A stretch of DNA of 64,000 nt from Neophaeotheca triangularis (Eukaryota): contig BAAIJX010000036.1 of NCBI GenBank assembly GCA_054600435.1, forward strand, positions 124,001 to 188,000, given 5' to 3'. Positions 1 through 11,147 of this stretch are shown piece by piece. Below the pieces are notes generated by a model that saw only the letters and a program-made list of their open reading frames with translations, had not been told where the DNA came from and ran no database searches. Position 1 is the first letter of the stretch. Each line of letters begins with the position of its first letter. A program made the position numbers and the translations under genes.

Positions 1-459
1 GCCCAGACATCAGCCGACTTGACGTCTTCGCAAGATAATGGGGCTGCAACGACAGCGCTTCTTCCGCCTGAACCAGCATTGCATCGGCCTAGTTCCTTCT
101 CCGCCCCATCTCGCTCGGATACAGAAAGCCTCAGAGCCCAAGACACGACGGACTCGGTCGACGATGCTCCTTTTTCAAGCGGGTCTTCGGCAGCAATATC
201 CTGCGCCGAGACCCCAAGTCCGCGCAGAAACACCCGTTCCATAAGAAGTTCAGTGGAGACTGGTCCACTACCCAGAGTCCATGCTTCATTCCCAAGACGG
301 CCTTCGAAGCAGACGCAGGGGGACATGGTAGCAAACTTGCTAAGTTCTAGGACCTCAAGAAAGACCCTTGTGTTCGTCTTGATAATCCTCTGGTGCGTGG
401 TTACCGTGATCGCCTGCTTGACCGAGATATGGCGCGAGACAATTAAATTCCGAATGTAG
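1..459 (+). CDS. Possible 3' end of a hypothetical gene with a Ser/Pro-rich region and a C-terminal transmembrane helix
   Basis: The frame is open from base 1 to TAG at 457-459 and ends in hydrophobic TLVFVLIILWCVVTVIACL. No family recognised. Confidence 0.35.
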   Translation, partial: AQTSADLTSSQDNGAATTALLPPEPALHRPSSFSAPSRSDTESLRAQDTTDSVDDAPFSSGSSAAISCAETPSPRRNTRSIRSSVETGPLPRVHASFPRRPSKQTQGDMVANLLSSRTSRKTLVFVLIILWCVVTVIACLTEIWRETIKFRM

Positions 460-1369
460 GGAGCTTACTGGAGTGGCGTCATTCATAATTGCATCTTCCC
501 AAGGCCCATCCGCATCCACTGGCTACCATGAGCAACTTGCATGCTTATCTTGCCCAAGGCCCCGCTATTTTAGACACAACTTTCAGCATCCCTGGCACCG
601 CATATTCGACCCAGCCGAGCGACCATCATTCGGCAACACAACCATCACGTTCATCACGTTCATGCCGGCTCTTGCTATCTCATCAGCCTCCATCCCTAAT
701 CGCCGGCAAGCCCCCTACCTTGGACATGGTGGCTGGAGTTTGAAGTGGCCGCTACCAAACATAATCCGAAGCAGGGATACATGCACAATACGTATCGCGC
801 TTCTTTAGCAGAGGAATAATTTGAAAGATCGTGCATAGTTTGAACACCTTAGTCGCATGATGCGCTGGTAAGCTGAGTCATGTCACGTGTTCAAGCTTGG
901 CAAATACGCCTAGCCTGCAACAAACTCGTATCCTTAGCTCGATGATGCTGCTTCCTATTAGCCGGCATGGAGAATGCACCTATCATGTGCTACTCGCGGT
1001 CTAGTCACCGTTCTCAATCCAAGCTTGCGACGCTATATCAAATCTGACGGCCGTCGCGGTGTCCGTAGCAAGCCCAAGCAACGTTGAACCGACCGAGTGA
1101 ATAAGTACGACAAGTGTCAGCTCCTTGGAAGTCGGGATCGCAAAGACCGCTCTCCGTGACTGACCGACGAAGAACACAAAACCCAGCCTCCCTCTCAGCA
1201 AAGCACTTACAACCTCTCTCCTATACCATTCTTCAAACCAAATCCTCTCCCATATCCAACACTCTTACTCCAAACAAACGTCCCCACCAACACCCACCTC
1301 ACCAACCCGACCCAAAACCCACAGCCAACCAACTCAAACCACCAACCTACCATCAAAAACCAAAAGAAA

Positions 1370-1735
1370 ATGAAGCCCTCAACCCCAACCACCCTCCTCC
1401 TCCCCTTAGCGCTAGGCCTACTCCTCCTCCCAACCCCAACAACGGCGACCCCACTCCCACGCACCCCCAACGTGAACCCCACCACCAACACCACCAACCC
1501 CTCTCCAGCCAACAACCCCCTACCCCCGGCCACCCCCGGCAGCAGGAACAAAGCCGCATGTTTCGGAGGTAAGAGCCCAGCCACGCCACCCATTCGCTCA
1601 TCCTCCTCAGTAGAGAGCGGAAAGGGTACTCGCGCGAGGAAAGGGACGGCGTGCTGACTTCTTCCGGATTTGATAGCGGCGCAAGCGGGACCGCAGTGTC
1701 CGCCCGGCAGTGGGGTTGCTTGTTGTTATGGGTAG
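1370..1735 (+). CDS. Small secreted Pro/Thr/Asn-rich protein with a 4-Cys C-terminal peptide (about 85 aa, two exons)
   Basis: Signal peptide MKPSTPTTLLLPLALGLLLLPTPTTA. Intron 1569-1676 (GTAAGA...GCTGAC...TAG). The spliced C-terminus is NKAACFGAAQAGPQCPPGSGVACCYG*. Confidence 0.65.
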
Positions 1736-2683
1736 GGAGGGAGGGAGGGGAGGACGGGGGAGTTATGGAGACGGGACAGGGGAGGGGGCGGTTGAGTTGG
1801 TTTCACGGATGGGTTGGGTGGGAGGCTTGAGCGATTGAGACCTGCGTGAGGTGGTTATGTTATGTTGGGAGGGATTCGGGGTTGCGGTTTCTTGGTGGGT
1901 TGGGTTTTGGGGGGACTGGGGACGTGGGCGTGGGGCTTTTTTGGCGGTGCGTGGTGTGAGGGTGCTGCTCTTGGTTGGACTCTTGGCTTTTTTCTTGTTG
2001 GCTGGTATCGGATTTTTTCGATTGTGGAATCCGTGCCTGTCAGCTGTGATTCGTTTCGTGCTGATTTGCTTTGATTTTCGGACGGTGGGGTTGGCGTGGA
2101 GTATTGAAGAAAGAGGAGTGATAATTCGGGGATCGGTCCTGAGAGGCACGAATGGAAAGGGGTGAACTTGTAGAGCGGGTTTGACGAAAAGAGCTTTGGG
2201 GCAAAGTACACCCACCCGTTGCTGCCTTGAGGCTAGCACCACAAAGTCAAAGGGACCGGTAGAGTGGTGGGTGGACGGCTGAGCAAGGACAGCCTTCCGT
2301 CTGGGTTTTTGCTATATGTGATGCTCACCGAGATTTGAGGTTTCACGACGCGGCGATGTCGTTTGTGGATGAGTGGAGCAAGATCAGCTATACTCTGTTA
2401 AAGTTGAAGGATCCGTCTCACTACAGCTTCATGGCGTCTGCTGCTAATGTGGTGTGTGTACGCCACTCCAACTAGAACTGCTTTGTACCACCACCTAAGG
2501 CGTTCGTAGTTACTTTCGGACAATGCAGCTTCTCGAGCCTGAAGTAGAAGCAAAGCCTTTGAACATTGGGTATATAGCTCCCCCCCTAACCCGCAAACAA
2601 GAACGAGGGAAACCATCACCTACCTCCAGCCTCTACAGTTCACCCACCCACCGACCAAACCCACCTCTTCTCCCTCTTCAAAC

Positions 2684-2950
2684 ATGAAACTCACCCTCCT
2701 CACTCTCCTCTACTTCTCCTCAACGGCCCTAGCAGCCCCCCAAGCCGACAACCCCCTCCCATGCCTCCAATGCATCGTCAAAAACCAAAAGTGCTGCCCA
2801 GCGGGTCTAGGCTACTGAGAGAATGCTGACGGGTGATGTTCGCTTCTCTGTTTTTTTGCAGCTATTGGTCCAGACAAGTGCAAGTGTGAGAAGCAATTCT
2901 ATTGCTGTGCGAGCCGGGAGACGGATGGAACGGGGAGGGAGTGTATGTGA
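2684..2950 (+). CDS. Small secreted cysteine-rich protein (about 69 aa, two exons), effector-like
   Basis: MKLTLLTLLYFSSTALAAPQADNPLPCLQCIVKNQKCCPA, then intron 2805-2861 (GTCTAG...GCTGAC...T-tract, CAG), then AIGPDKCKCEKQFYCCASRETDGTGRECM*. It is missing from the ORF track because it is short and split. Confidence 0.7.
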
Positions 2951-3875
2951 GGGACTTTGAGGAGTCGAAGGGTTTTGGCTTTCAGGTGGAGTGAATATGG
3001 ATGTCGGGGAAGGGATGAACGGAAGGGGTCGGTTTCTGCCTTGGTGGTCGGCGTTTGAACGGAGCAATTTAACCCGAGCTCATGGCGTGACCTCCACTGC
3101 GGGATAAAGTCAAACTGGGGGGCGGGCATTGGAATGGGAGAGGTGAGAAATAATATGTTCTCGATAATTTTCAAGGAACTGTTGATTTATTCTAACCAAA
3201 GGGCAGCTCGGAGTCGTTAATAAGTTAATGAGGGACCAAGGGAAAGCACCTTTCCTTTGACTTTTTCACATGTGTTTGCTGATGAGGAACAGGCAGCTCG
3301 TGATTGGCCATTCTCGACCTCGGTCAAAGGGTTTCCTGCTTCGGCTCACATGACAGCGAGAGGTCAGCAGCTACAACAATCATGAATCTTCTTCACATGT
3401 CAATCAAATACTGATTGGTACACAGAAAGACGAATAAACATGTTTAAAATCATGACGGAAATATCTGAAAGCAGTAAAAGAAGCGTAAGGTACACAGTCT
3501 GTCTCATTAATTGTTCAAAGGTACATCACTACATAGAGCTAATTGGAAGTAATGGATGTATGTATCCAATTCTTGTCCTTCCCCGGACTTTAACAAGCCA
3601 AACCGACCTCGGCTTCCGATCTTATTGCCCCAACCTTGAGTCTCCGGCCTACCCCCACAAGTAACGTTTAAGAAGTAGTTTAGATCGAGTCGTCGCCTCT
3701 TGCACGTGTGCCATCTTTGTTTCTTCTACAAGAACACCACTACACCCTCCACTCCACCACCCTCCTCCCTTGACTTGACTCTCTCTCCTCCCTCTTCATC
3801 ACCATCCCCTCCTTCACCACCCATTTGATACCCCCAAACACTCCACTACCCCATCTCCCTCGCTAGATCCCCATT

Positions 3876-5967
3876 ATGCCTCCTCGTGTTATTGTCGTTG
3901 GCGCTGGTCGTGAGTAGCCATACCCTACCCCAACCACCACCACCGCCCTCATCCCTCATTGGCTAACTCGAGACTCCAGTTTCCGGTCTGAGCGCTGCTC
4001 ACACCATCTACCTTGCCGGTGGTAATGTCGTCCTCCTCGACAAGAACAGTACGTAGACTCTGTCATCAAGCCGACATGACTACCGAAGCTGACCATCTCC
4101 CACAGACTTCATGGGAGGCAACTCCACCAAGGCCACTTCGGGTATCAACGGTGCCCTGACCCGCACACAAACCGACGAGAAGATTGCCGACAGCGTCAAG
4201 CAATTCTACGATGACACCCTCAAGTCTGCGAGAGAAAAGGCCAGGCCGGACCTCATCAAGGTCTTGACCTACAAGTCCGCCGCTGCCGTCGAGTGGCTGC
4301 AAGATGTCTTCAACCTTGATCTGACCCTCGTTTCGCGGCTGGGAGGCCACTCCTTCCCGAGAACACACCGCGGCCACGACGCAAAGTTCCCCGGCATGGC
4401 CATCACCTACGCACTCATGCAGCGATTTGAAGAGCTCGCCGAGAAGGAGCCGGAGAGGGTGTCTCTGGTCAAGAAGGCCAAGGTCACCAAGATCAACCGT
4501 GAAGGCAACAAGGTCACTGGTTGCACATACACATTCAACGGCGAGGACACAGTAGCCGAGGGTCCGGTCATTTTGGCCACTGGTGGTTACGCCGCCGACT
4601 TCTCAGAGACCTCCCTCCTCAAGAAATGGAGGCCTGACACTTTCGACCTGGCCACAACCAACGGCGCACACGCCACTGGTGACGGACACAAGATGTTGAT
4701 GGAGATTGGTGCGCAGGGAATTGACATGGAGAGTGTGCAAGTCCACCCGACTGGTCTTGTGGACCCCAAGGACCCCGGTGCGAAGACCAAGTTCTTGGCT
4801 GCTGAAGGTGAGATTACAACATACTACTATACTCATCAAGCTTAACAACAGCCTGCTAACATGACAACAGCCCTCCGTGGTGAGGGTGGTCTTCTCCTCA
4901 ACTCCAAGGGGCAGCGTTTCACCGACGAGCTCGAGCACCGCGACTATGTTTCCGGCAAGCTGTGGGAAGAAAAGAAGAAGAACCTATGGCCTATTCGCCT
5001 CGTCCTCAACAGCAAAGCATCCAATGTCCTCGACTTCCACACTCGTCATTACTCTGGCCGTGGCCTGATGAAGAAGATGAGCGGTAAGGAGCTGGTCGCG
5101 GACATTGGTTGCTCAGAGGCGGACCTCAAAAAGACCTTCTCCGACTACAACAAATACGCCAGTGGCGAGGAGAAGGATCCCCACGGCAAGAAGTACTACC
5201 ACAACGCCCCTTTCGACCTCGACGACACCTTCCACGTCGCCGTCATGGAGCCTGTACTCCACTTCACCATGGGTGGTATCGAAATCAACGACCAAGCTCA
5301 ATGCCTCAACGCTGAGGGCCAGCCCTTCGACGGTCTGTTCTGCTGTGGTGAATTGGCTGGAGGTGTTCACGGCGCCAACCGTCTTGGTGGCTCCTCCCTC
5401 CTCGGCTGCGTCGTCTACGGCCGTGTAGCAGGCGAGAGCGCCAGCAAGTTCCTCTTCCAGCGCGTGCTGAACGAGGGTACCAGCACAGCCGCCCAGCGTG
5501 CCGGCCAAATCAGCCTTCACATTGACCCCAACCAACCCGGCAAAGTCTCGATCGAATGGGCTAACGGCACCGGCGCCGCAGCAAACGACCAGACCACTCC
5601 GGCGCAGCAAGGTCAGCAATCCGCCGGCCCCGTCATGACGCAATCCGGCGACTCCAACGACCCAGCCAAGGTCAGCAAGCCCAACTCGATCGAAGCCTTC
5701 AAGGTGCCCGACGAGGAGTACTCGCTGGAAGAAGTAGCCAAGCACAACAAGAAAGAAGACCTCTGGATCGCCGTCAAGGGCGTCGTCATGAACGTCACGG
5801 ACTGGGTCGACGAACACCCCGGTGGGCCACAAGCCCTCTTCAGCCACATGGGCAAGGACGCTAGCGAGGAATTTGAAATGTTGCACGATGACGAGGTTAT
5901 CCCCAAGTACGCTGCCGGTATTGTCATTGGCAAGGTCAAGGGGCAGGAGGTTACGCTTGAGTATTAG
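3876..5967 (+). CDS. osm1: FAD-dependent soluble fumarate reductase (Osm1/Frd1 family) with a C-terminal cytochrome b5 domain
   Basis: VIVVGAGL..SGLSAA FAD-binding start, GGNSTKATSGING, HFTMGG and GGVHGANRLGGSSL motifs, and a C-terminal HPGG heme-binding b5 motif. GT-AG introns at 3910-3979, 4049-4105 and 4808-4870. Confidence 0.93.
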
Positions 5968-6483
5968 ATCAGATTGGGTTGCTGCTGTGACTGACGGCTT
6001 CTTGATTTGACTTGGGCTCATGGTGTGAGATTTATTGCAAGGCGTTTGAGACTTTTCAAGGGGAAAGCTAGGTAGCTTGGGTACTTTGTTTTTCTTGTGT
6101 TCATATACTCGGAATGAGAGAGATTTTTGAATTTAATCCCACCGCTTGACATTTCACATCGTATTGATAATCCATCATCATGCCAGATGGGAAAATTGCA
6201 ACAGACCACAGCTCCGATCACAATCGATACGGTGGGCTTTGAACGTAAGTCTCACCGCACATATGCCATTTCACATAGTACCCGACTTCCTAGGTAACCT
6301 GAAGTCCCTCGACGCAGAATCACGTTCAGATCAGGAAGAGAAGGAACAGAAAACAACGCGAAGACAAAGACATGGGCACTTTTTTTTTCCTAGTTGGTCA
6401 ACCGATACAAAGGCTCACTCAATCTTCCCATCTACTCAAGTCTTTCTCCGAAAAAAAAAAAAGTACGAAAAAGAAAGCCCCAA

Positions 6484-7131
6484 TCACTCTTGCCAATCAT
6501 AAACCAACCGAATCCTCAAAACCTCGTCCCCCTTTTTGGCCAAGACGCGCCTCACATGTCTGCGCTGGCCGTCGACTTGCGCGAAGCCCCAGATTTGCAA
6601 AGCCGTCCAGGTGCTGCTTTGGGAGTGGACTTCGGAGCGGATGAGGTCGTTGTTTTCGTTTTCGTTTGAGGAGGAGCTGCTGCTGCTCCAGCCTTCGAGG
6701 AGGTAGGCGTCTTCGGTGATTTGGGAGGGTTGGACGTAGCTGGTTTTTTTTGGGTTGGGGTTAGTTTTGGTGGTGGTGGTGGTGGATGTAGTAGTAGTAG
6801 TATGGAAGTTTAAAAATCCTCACCTCGTGGCCCCCTTGACTTTACCCCAGATCTTGTCCTCCTTTTCCCTCCACTGCCCGTCGAGCACGCGCTGCTCTTC
6901 GGATTTCAGGCCGCCCGTGGAAGTCTGTTCCAGGTCGATGCGGTCGGTTTTGCTGCTTTGGTCGGTGCTGTGGTTGATTGAGATTGTCACGTTGCTGTAG
7001 GCGGCGGCTTGGCGGACGATGAAGCCTACGCCTTGTTGTTTTAGGACGGCTTGCGTGCTGTCGGAGAGGGTGCGGTTGAGGATGTAGGTGCCGGTGAGGT
7101 TGTGGGTGGTTGCCGAGGGGGGGACGGCCAT
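6484..7131 (-). CDS. Conserved fungal lipocalin/beta-barrel-like protein (family often annotated 'LCCL domain-containing')
   Basis: NLTGTYILNRTLSD...LKQQGVGFIVR in exon 1, intron 6740-6823, and exon 2 ending WTALQIWGFAQVDGQRRHVRRVLAKKGDEVLRIRLVYDWQE*. Confidence 0.75.
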
Positions 7132-8291
7132 TTTTGGGAGTTTTGGGGCGAGGGTGGGGTTTTGTGGTTTGGTTTGGTTTGGTGCTAGAGGGTTTGCTGC
7201 GATCTGAGTGGTAATGGTTCTGGCAAATGCGTTGGAAAGTCTTTAGAGTCAAGTAGAAAGCAGCAATGCGGTGACAAGAGTAGTACCTGGGTAAGTAACG
7301 CTATACTTATACCTTAGCTGTACTTTCGGTGCAACTTATCAGGATTCCTACAATAGATAAACGGTACCTCGGCGCAACAATCAAAACACCTCAGCTGCAG
7401 GGCAGGGAAGGACAAGGCAGGGCAAGAAACCATGGTAGGTTTCACACAAGCGGCTGGATTCCCCAAGCCCGCTGTCTTGGGACGAGACGTCGGATGTGAG
7501 GTCTCGCGAGTCGCTGCCAGCTGCCCGGCTTAAGTTCAATCTTGGAAAGGTATCCATGTCGGTTTCCCCGCGCTTTGCTGCTGCTGCTGGGTTCCGTGCT
7601 GGACTGCATGCGTCTTCACATTTCCTCTCGGCGAGAACCTTGGAATAACTGCTAGTAATATTAAATGCGTTTGCTGTGCTCACTTGTCGTGTCACATGCT
7701 CTGTGCATACTAGTAGGTATACATCACCGATGCGAGAGAAGCCGAGGCTTTTCACGTCGTCCTTCTCGCGTCGGTCCCTGGAGGCTGGAGGAATATCTAC
7801 TCAACACACACTTTCATATTGACACCGACAGGCCTGGAAAGACACGTGATGGTAGAACAGTCCCCTCAAGAAGGCTTGGACTCTGATAGTACCTGGGTAC
7901 CTAATCTTCGACCTTCGCAAACAATATAGCGCCATGATGCCAGCCAGGTATTGGCGGCCGCCACCGTGTCTACGTTATTGTTTCGGATGAGGCGGAAGCA
8001 TCGGTCTACAAAATTCTGCCACACCGCTGAAACCGGCACTGAACGATAATGCTTTGGGCCCATACTTGATAGTTTCGTCCCGGCAAAAATATACAGTGGA
8101 CTGCTCTGGTCAACACGTCAAAACGAGCGCTTCTCGCCTTGCTCCCCTCAAGACTCCCTCAGCGCCGCTGCCTCAGCCTCGGTATTATCAAACGCACGTA
8201 TCCCGTCCCCCAGCTCCCAAAACTCCCCAAACGCTCACGAACAGGTATCATAGACGCTCTTCCAAAAGCGAGATGAAGCCCACACCGCCTC

Positions 8292-9465
8292 TCAAGAGAA
8301 CTTCCATCTGTTGCCACAGACTGTACATTCGCAGAAAGTCGTCATCGGCTCGTCTGCGGAGCGCGTCTGGGCTTGCGAGTACGACACCTTTTTGTTCTTG
8401 CATTTGCCGCATTGGAATCTTAACAGCAAGTGAGAAATGTCAGCGAAACTGTCCCCATGGATGGGATATGCGTCTAAACGCAACAAAGACCCCACACCCC
8501 AGCCTTGCCTTTTTGACGAAGCAAGACTGGAGCGTGAGGTCTTTTGTAGAGAGTGGAGAATTTGGTTAGTAAAGAAGAGGGCAACATACGTGTTGGAAAT
8601 GGCCTTGACTTCTTGCGCCACCATGGCGTTGCTCATGTTTTCCTTCTCCAGCTGTGCGTCCGCAGCGCGCTTCTCCGCGCTCTTGAGCTCATCGGATGAC
8701 ATGGTGACGAAGCGCTTTGGGTCGATGGATCCGTTAAAGACATCGCGCCGAAGCAGCTTGTTATCTTTCATTTTGAGATTCATAAAGAGCGAGCGCATTT
8801 TTTGCTTGTACGTCTGCGACGTCTCGGGTTGGTATTGATTGTAGGCTGCGAGCTCGAGGTCGCGGGCTACGACGAGGATTTCGTCCGGGCCTGAAAGATC
8901 GCGTTAGCTGGTCACTCTCCTGCCTTCATGGCTATCCTGGTGCAAACTCACTCTCCTCAGACATGAACGCTAGTCCATTGTACATCAACGCCAAGCACCC
9001 GTCCCTCGTCTGATTCCCCGTAAGCTCTGTACTGACTCCATCAGTCTTGGTATTGCGCTTCTCCGGATCCACAGTGTTCTTCCTGCCCTCCTTCTTCGCG
9101 GGTTCAGCCTTCACGCTCGGCGGCGCAGGACTCGCCGTCGCGCTTGGGGACCTCAACCCAGACTTTACACCGGGCGCCGGACTGCCATTCGCCGCCTTCT
9201 TCTTGCTGCTCGCCGCTTTGACACTGTTCCGCCATTTGTTCACCAGCTGTCCGGAAAGCGACGCGACCTGCTTATCCGGGTTGTTGCGCAAGCGGCCCAC
9301 GGCCACGCCTACTTGGGATTGGCGCAGCAGATCTTCAGTCGGGTTGAGCTTCTTGAGGGGTTCCAAGAGGTTCAGAATGACGCTTGGTGGGTCGCCGCCG
9401 GAGACCGCTTTTGTGATTTGTTTGACCGTGTCCTGGAGCGACTCCATGCTGGGGTTTGCCGCCAT
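8292..9465 (-). CDS. DST1: Transcription elongation factor S-II (TFIIS)
   Basis: N-terminal TFIIS domain, central domain, and Zn ribbon CGKC...QTRSADEPMTTFCECTVCGNRWKFS. Introns at 8891-8951 and 8419-8589. Confidence 0.95.
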
Positions 9466-10059
9466 GTTGTTTGATAGTGGGCTGGCAGTGCCCTTGATTT
9501 GGCTCTGAAAGGGCAGGCTACGGTCGCGCGATACTGAGGCTTGTCTGTACGTCGGGGGTAGTATTTGCGGAAGTGCCTTTTGGAGTGTGAGAGGTGCAGA
9601 TGGGGCAGGAAAGGGTGGTGAAAGTGAAGTTCACCTCTAGTCTCGAAGAGTCGCGCAACAAGTGCAGGCGTGGAGTGGAGTGGTCCGTGCATTCACTTAA
9701 CGCGACTTCACGTTTGTCTGTCCGTTGCCATCTCGTTGAGCATAGGTACAGTGGTAAGTAACAAAATGTACCAAATCTCCAGAAAGCTTTTCATGTCGAC
9801 ACTGCCGGTATGTGATGCTAACTTCAGGTGCCATGACAACTCCGGCCCCTGATTGTCCATAGCACGTCGACACCGCAGACAATCAAGTTCCGAAGCAGCA
9901 GGCACGTCACTGATGATAAATCCATCACCTTCAGTATTTCTAAGCTGCCGCATACACCACCCTCCAACAACATAAGTATCCCACGTCCGTACCAACAATC
10001 CCTTCTCTCATTCTCCTCCACTCACCCGACCCCCAACCCAATCCTCAGGCAACCCAACA

Positions 10060-10995
10060 ATGCTCGCCATAATCGGCGCCAGCGGCCAAATCGGACACGC
10101 AACCCTCTCCGCCCTCCTAACCCACAACCTCCTCCCCGCCGACCAAATCATCTGCACAACCTCCTCAACCTCGGGCCACTCCAAACTCACCTCCCTTCAA
10201 AAAACCCACCCCTTCCAAATCCGGCCCGCAACATGGGAAGACCCCTCCACCCTGGCCCCAGCCCTGCGCGACTGCTCATCCCTCTTCCTCGTCTCCTCGC
10301 CCACAATTTCCAAAGACTTCCACGAAGCGCCGCCGGGCGAGGGCCGCGAGAGAGATCATTACGCCGTCCTGGAAGCGGCGAAAGCGGCGGGCGTGAGGCA
10401 TGTGTATTACACGTCGCTTGCGTTTGCGAAGCCCAGCAAGAGCCGGGTCATGAAAGCGCATGAGCGGACCGAGGAGTACTTGCGGAGCCAATGGCCGGGA
10501 CAGTTTACCGTTCTTCGTGAAGGGCTGTATAACGAGAGCTGGCCGTTGTATTTTGGACATTATGATATCCCCGGGGATAATGGGAGGGAGGAGGTTGTTG
10601 TTGCTGGGGATGGCAAGGTCAGTTGGACGAGTATACCCGATTTGGGGCTTGCGAATGCGCTCGTGCTGAGTGATGCCGTCGAGCGCTGGGCGGGGCGGAC
10701 TTTTTATCTTTCTCAGCGGCGGGCGTGGACGTTGGAGGAGGTTGCGGGCATGGTCGGGAGGGCGAGGGGAAAGGCGGTGGGGTTGAGGGTTGTTGATAGG
10801 GACGAGCATGAGAGGTTTTATACCGAGGAGAGAGGGATGCCGGAGCCCATGGTTAAGTGGTGGAGTAAGAGTTATGACGCGTTGAGGGATGGGGAATGTG
10901 AGATTGATGATTCGACTTTGGAGGAGTTGTTGGCGAGGAAGGGCATGAAGCCGACGTCTATGGAGCAGACGGTGCAGGAGATGTTGGAGCAGTAG
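10060..10995 (+). CDS. NmrA-like NAD(P)-binding Rossmann-fold protein (atypical SDR)
   Basis: AIIGASGQIG dinucleotide-binding motif, AAKAAGVRHVYYTSL, and HERTEEYL...TVLREGLYNESW. Intronless, 311 aa. Confidence 0.85.
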   Translation: MLAIIGASGQIGHATLSALLTHNLLPADQIICTTSSTSGHSKLTSLQKTHPFQIRPATWEDPSTLAPALRDCSSLFLVSSPTISKDFHEAPPGEGRERDHYAVLEAAKAAGVRHVYYTSLAFAKPSKSRVMKAHERTEEYLRSQWPGQFTVLREGLYNESWPLYFGHYDIPGDNGREEVVVAGDGKVSWTSIPDLGLANALVLSDAVERWAGRTFYLSQRRAWTLEEVAGMVGRARGKAVGLRVVDRDEHERFYTEERGMPEPMVKWWSKSYDALRDGECEIDDSTLEELLARKGMKPTSMEQTVQEMLEQ

Positions 10996-11147
10996 CTGCG
11001 GTAGCCGTTTCGGCAACTTGTGGAGTTCACTGCATTCACCGTATCATGTTTAGCGGTGTAAATGCCTTCATACATCAAAGCGGTCGAGGTCAACCCCCCT
11101 CCCTCGTAAGAACCAAGCCTTTCTCGACATGCTTGGTTCAAGCCTCC

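Noticed and set aside
5113..6021. Long antisense ORFs (also 10276-11016, 26621-27742, 40183-41810, 45100-45969 and 55889-56593)
   Set aside because: They are shadows of strongly codon-biased genes on the opposite strand and have no independent motifs.
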